From positions 113,524,001 to 113,588,000 of the forward strand of contig CM059431.1 of the NCBI GenBank assembly GCA_030390025.1: a stretch of DNA of 64,000 nt. Reading direction: 5' to 3'. The position numbers were made by a program, and so were the translations under genes. Positions 62,785-64,000 of this stretch are shown piece by piece. The DNA is from Squalus acanthias. Taxonomy: Eukaryota. The number at the start of each line of letters is the position of its first letter. Position 1 is the stretch's first letter. The notes below the pieces were generated by a model. The model saw only the letters and a list, made by a program, of their open reading frames with translations. It did no database searches and was not told where the DNA came from.

Positions 62785-63050
62785 TCACAACCCTTAACAC
62801 CCTTGCCTAACAAAAATCTATCAATCTCAGTTTTGACATTTTCAATTGACCTAGTTGAAGATTTTTGGGGAGAGTTCCAGATTTTCACTACCCCTTATGT
62901 GAAGAAGTGCTTCCTGACATCACCCCTGAACAGCCTAGTTCTAAATTTAAAGTTATGCCCCCTTGTTTTGGGCTCCCCCCACCAGAGGAAATTGTTTCTC
63001 TCTCTCTACTCTATCAACTCCTTTAATCATCTTAAACACCTCACTGAGAT
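62785..63050 (-). mobile_element. CR1 C-terminal fragment abutting the ZFYVE1-like piece
   Basis: KIWNSPQK...KTEIDRFLLGKGVKG; the 3' UTR is missing. Confidence 0.8.
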
Positions 63051-64000
63051 CATCAATAATAATAACAAAAATTGGGTAGCATATGCCATGCACGCTCGGC
63101 CCATCAGTACGTGGCATAGGGCAGCCTCACCAATGGTCCTTAAAGGGACTGCTGCAGACCACTCAGAAAAAAGTAGAAAGTAAAAAGCAGAAAAAAAGAT
63201 TTTAAATGATTTTCTTGGGAATACATGACCATTAATGCAAATATCAACCTAACCCCCCACTTCCGCTCCAGAGCCCTCCCCTGGGATCACCTCGTTCCAC
63301 GCGCCCCACCCCCCAACTTACCCACACTCTGTGGTGGAGCTGTCAGATTTCCCGTCCCCTTGTTCCGCTTGCCTTCAGCAGGAAGGACGCAGTCAGTTGC
63401 AAAATCGACCCCGCTGTCTCACCAATGGCACCAACTCAACCACCCTTTCGCTTCTCAGCACGTTGCCTTAACGATTATAATGGAAAATTACTACTGTCAT
63501 TTTAATTGATCAATAATTATTAAAGTAGTTGCACAAAGCTATTCGGTATGAACAAACTTCATGTAGGAACAGCAATAAGTGGTAGAAAATGGAAGTGTCA
63601 CGCCATGGTCAAAATAATCCATTCACATCTGTCTCATGAGTTTGAGTTCTGTAGCATTACTCCAAATAATAATTTATTTTCCACATCATACGCGTTCACT
63701 GCCAAGTATCCGTTGGTTAACATCTGTGTAGTTTGGAATTTTCTGGATAATGTCACCATTTCTGGTAGATTGGGATACAGCACCTTATTGCATGATCTAG
63801 CAATCCACAAAAAACTTGGTGGGTTAAGCCATTAGAGACATATACTGAGATTTAATTGCTGTGTTACGAATTCTGTATTTAGTTACAGTAATTGAAATGA
63901 AATCTTTTAACTTGCGGAACTATTATGAAGTGATAGTGATCACCAGTAACAGTGCAGTCCTTGGCCCAGCTGGCTGAACTCTAATTTTATTTTTCTAGCG

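Noticed and set aside
62393..62800. Matrin/U1-type zinc finger or TRIM B-box gene
   Set aside because: The flanking motifs ELHRQ and SFLLVD.NE.IQ fit ZFYVE1 much better.
63548..63835. ORF as the missing ZFYVE1 N-terminus or another exon
   Set aside because: No ZFYVE1-like motif in the frames I read and no recognisable product.

Overview
Repeat-dominated vertebrate genomic DNA, almost certainly from a shark or other elasmobranch (HE1 V-SINE, SacSINE1-type DeuSINEs, abundant CR1 LINEs). I found no intact host gene. Most long ORFs are CR1 or L2-type reverse transcriptase fragments. The window also holds a 5'-truncated Penelope-like element (RT plus GIY-YIG) with a 12-bp TSD, four minimal hammerhead ribozyme motifs and a solo LTR. 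An extensive PIF/Harbinger system is present: one decayed two-gene element (transposase plus intron-containing Myb/SANT gene), several older relics, and many MITE families sharing GGG-N3-RAWTT-like termini and A/T-rich 3-bp TSDs. Three observations stand out. (1) An orphan, frameshifted, GC-rich copy of a ZFYVE1/DFCP1-like N-terminal exon keeps its splice donor and sits between two same-strand CR1 pieces. (2) A ~750-bp MITE family (4 copies) keeps a perfect 18-bp palindrome with compensatory changes, further hairpins, promoter-type motifs and three 5' splice sites. (3) Very short hammerhead-carrying Penelope-type end units are inserted on their own. Family names rest on motif recognition from memory, not database searches. 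Boundaries without TSDs are approximate.
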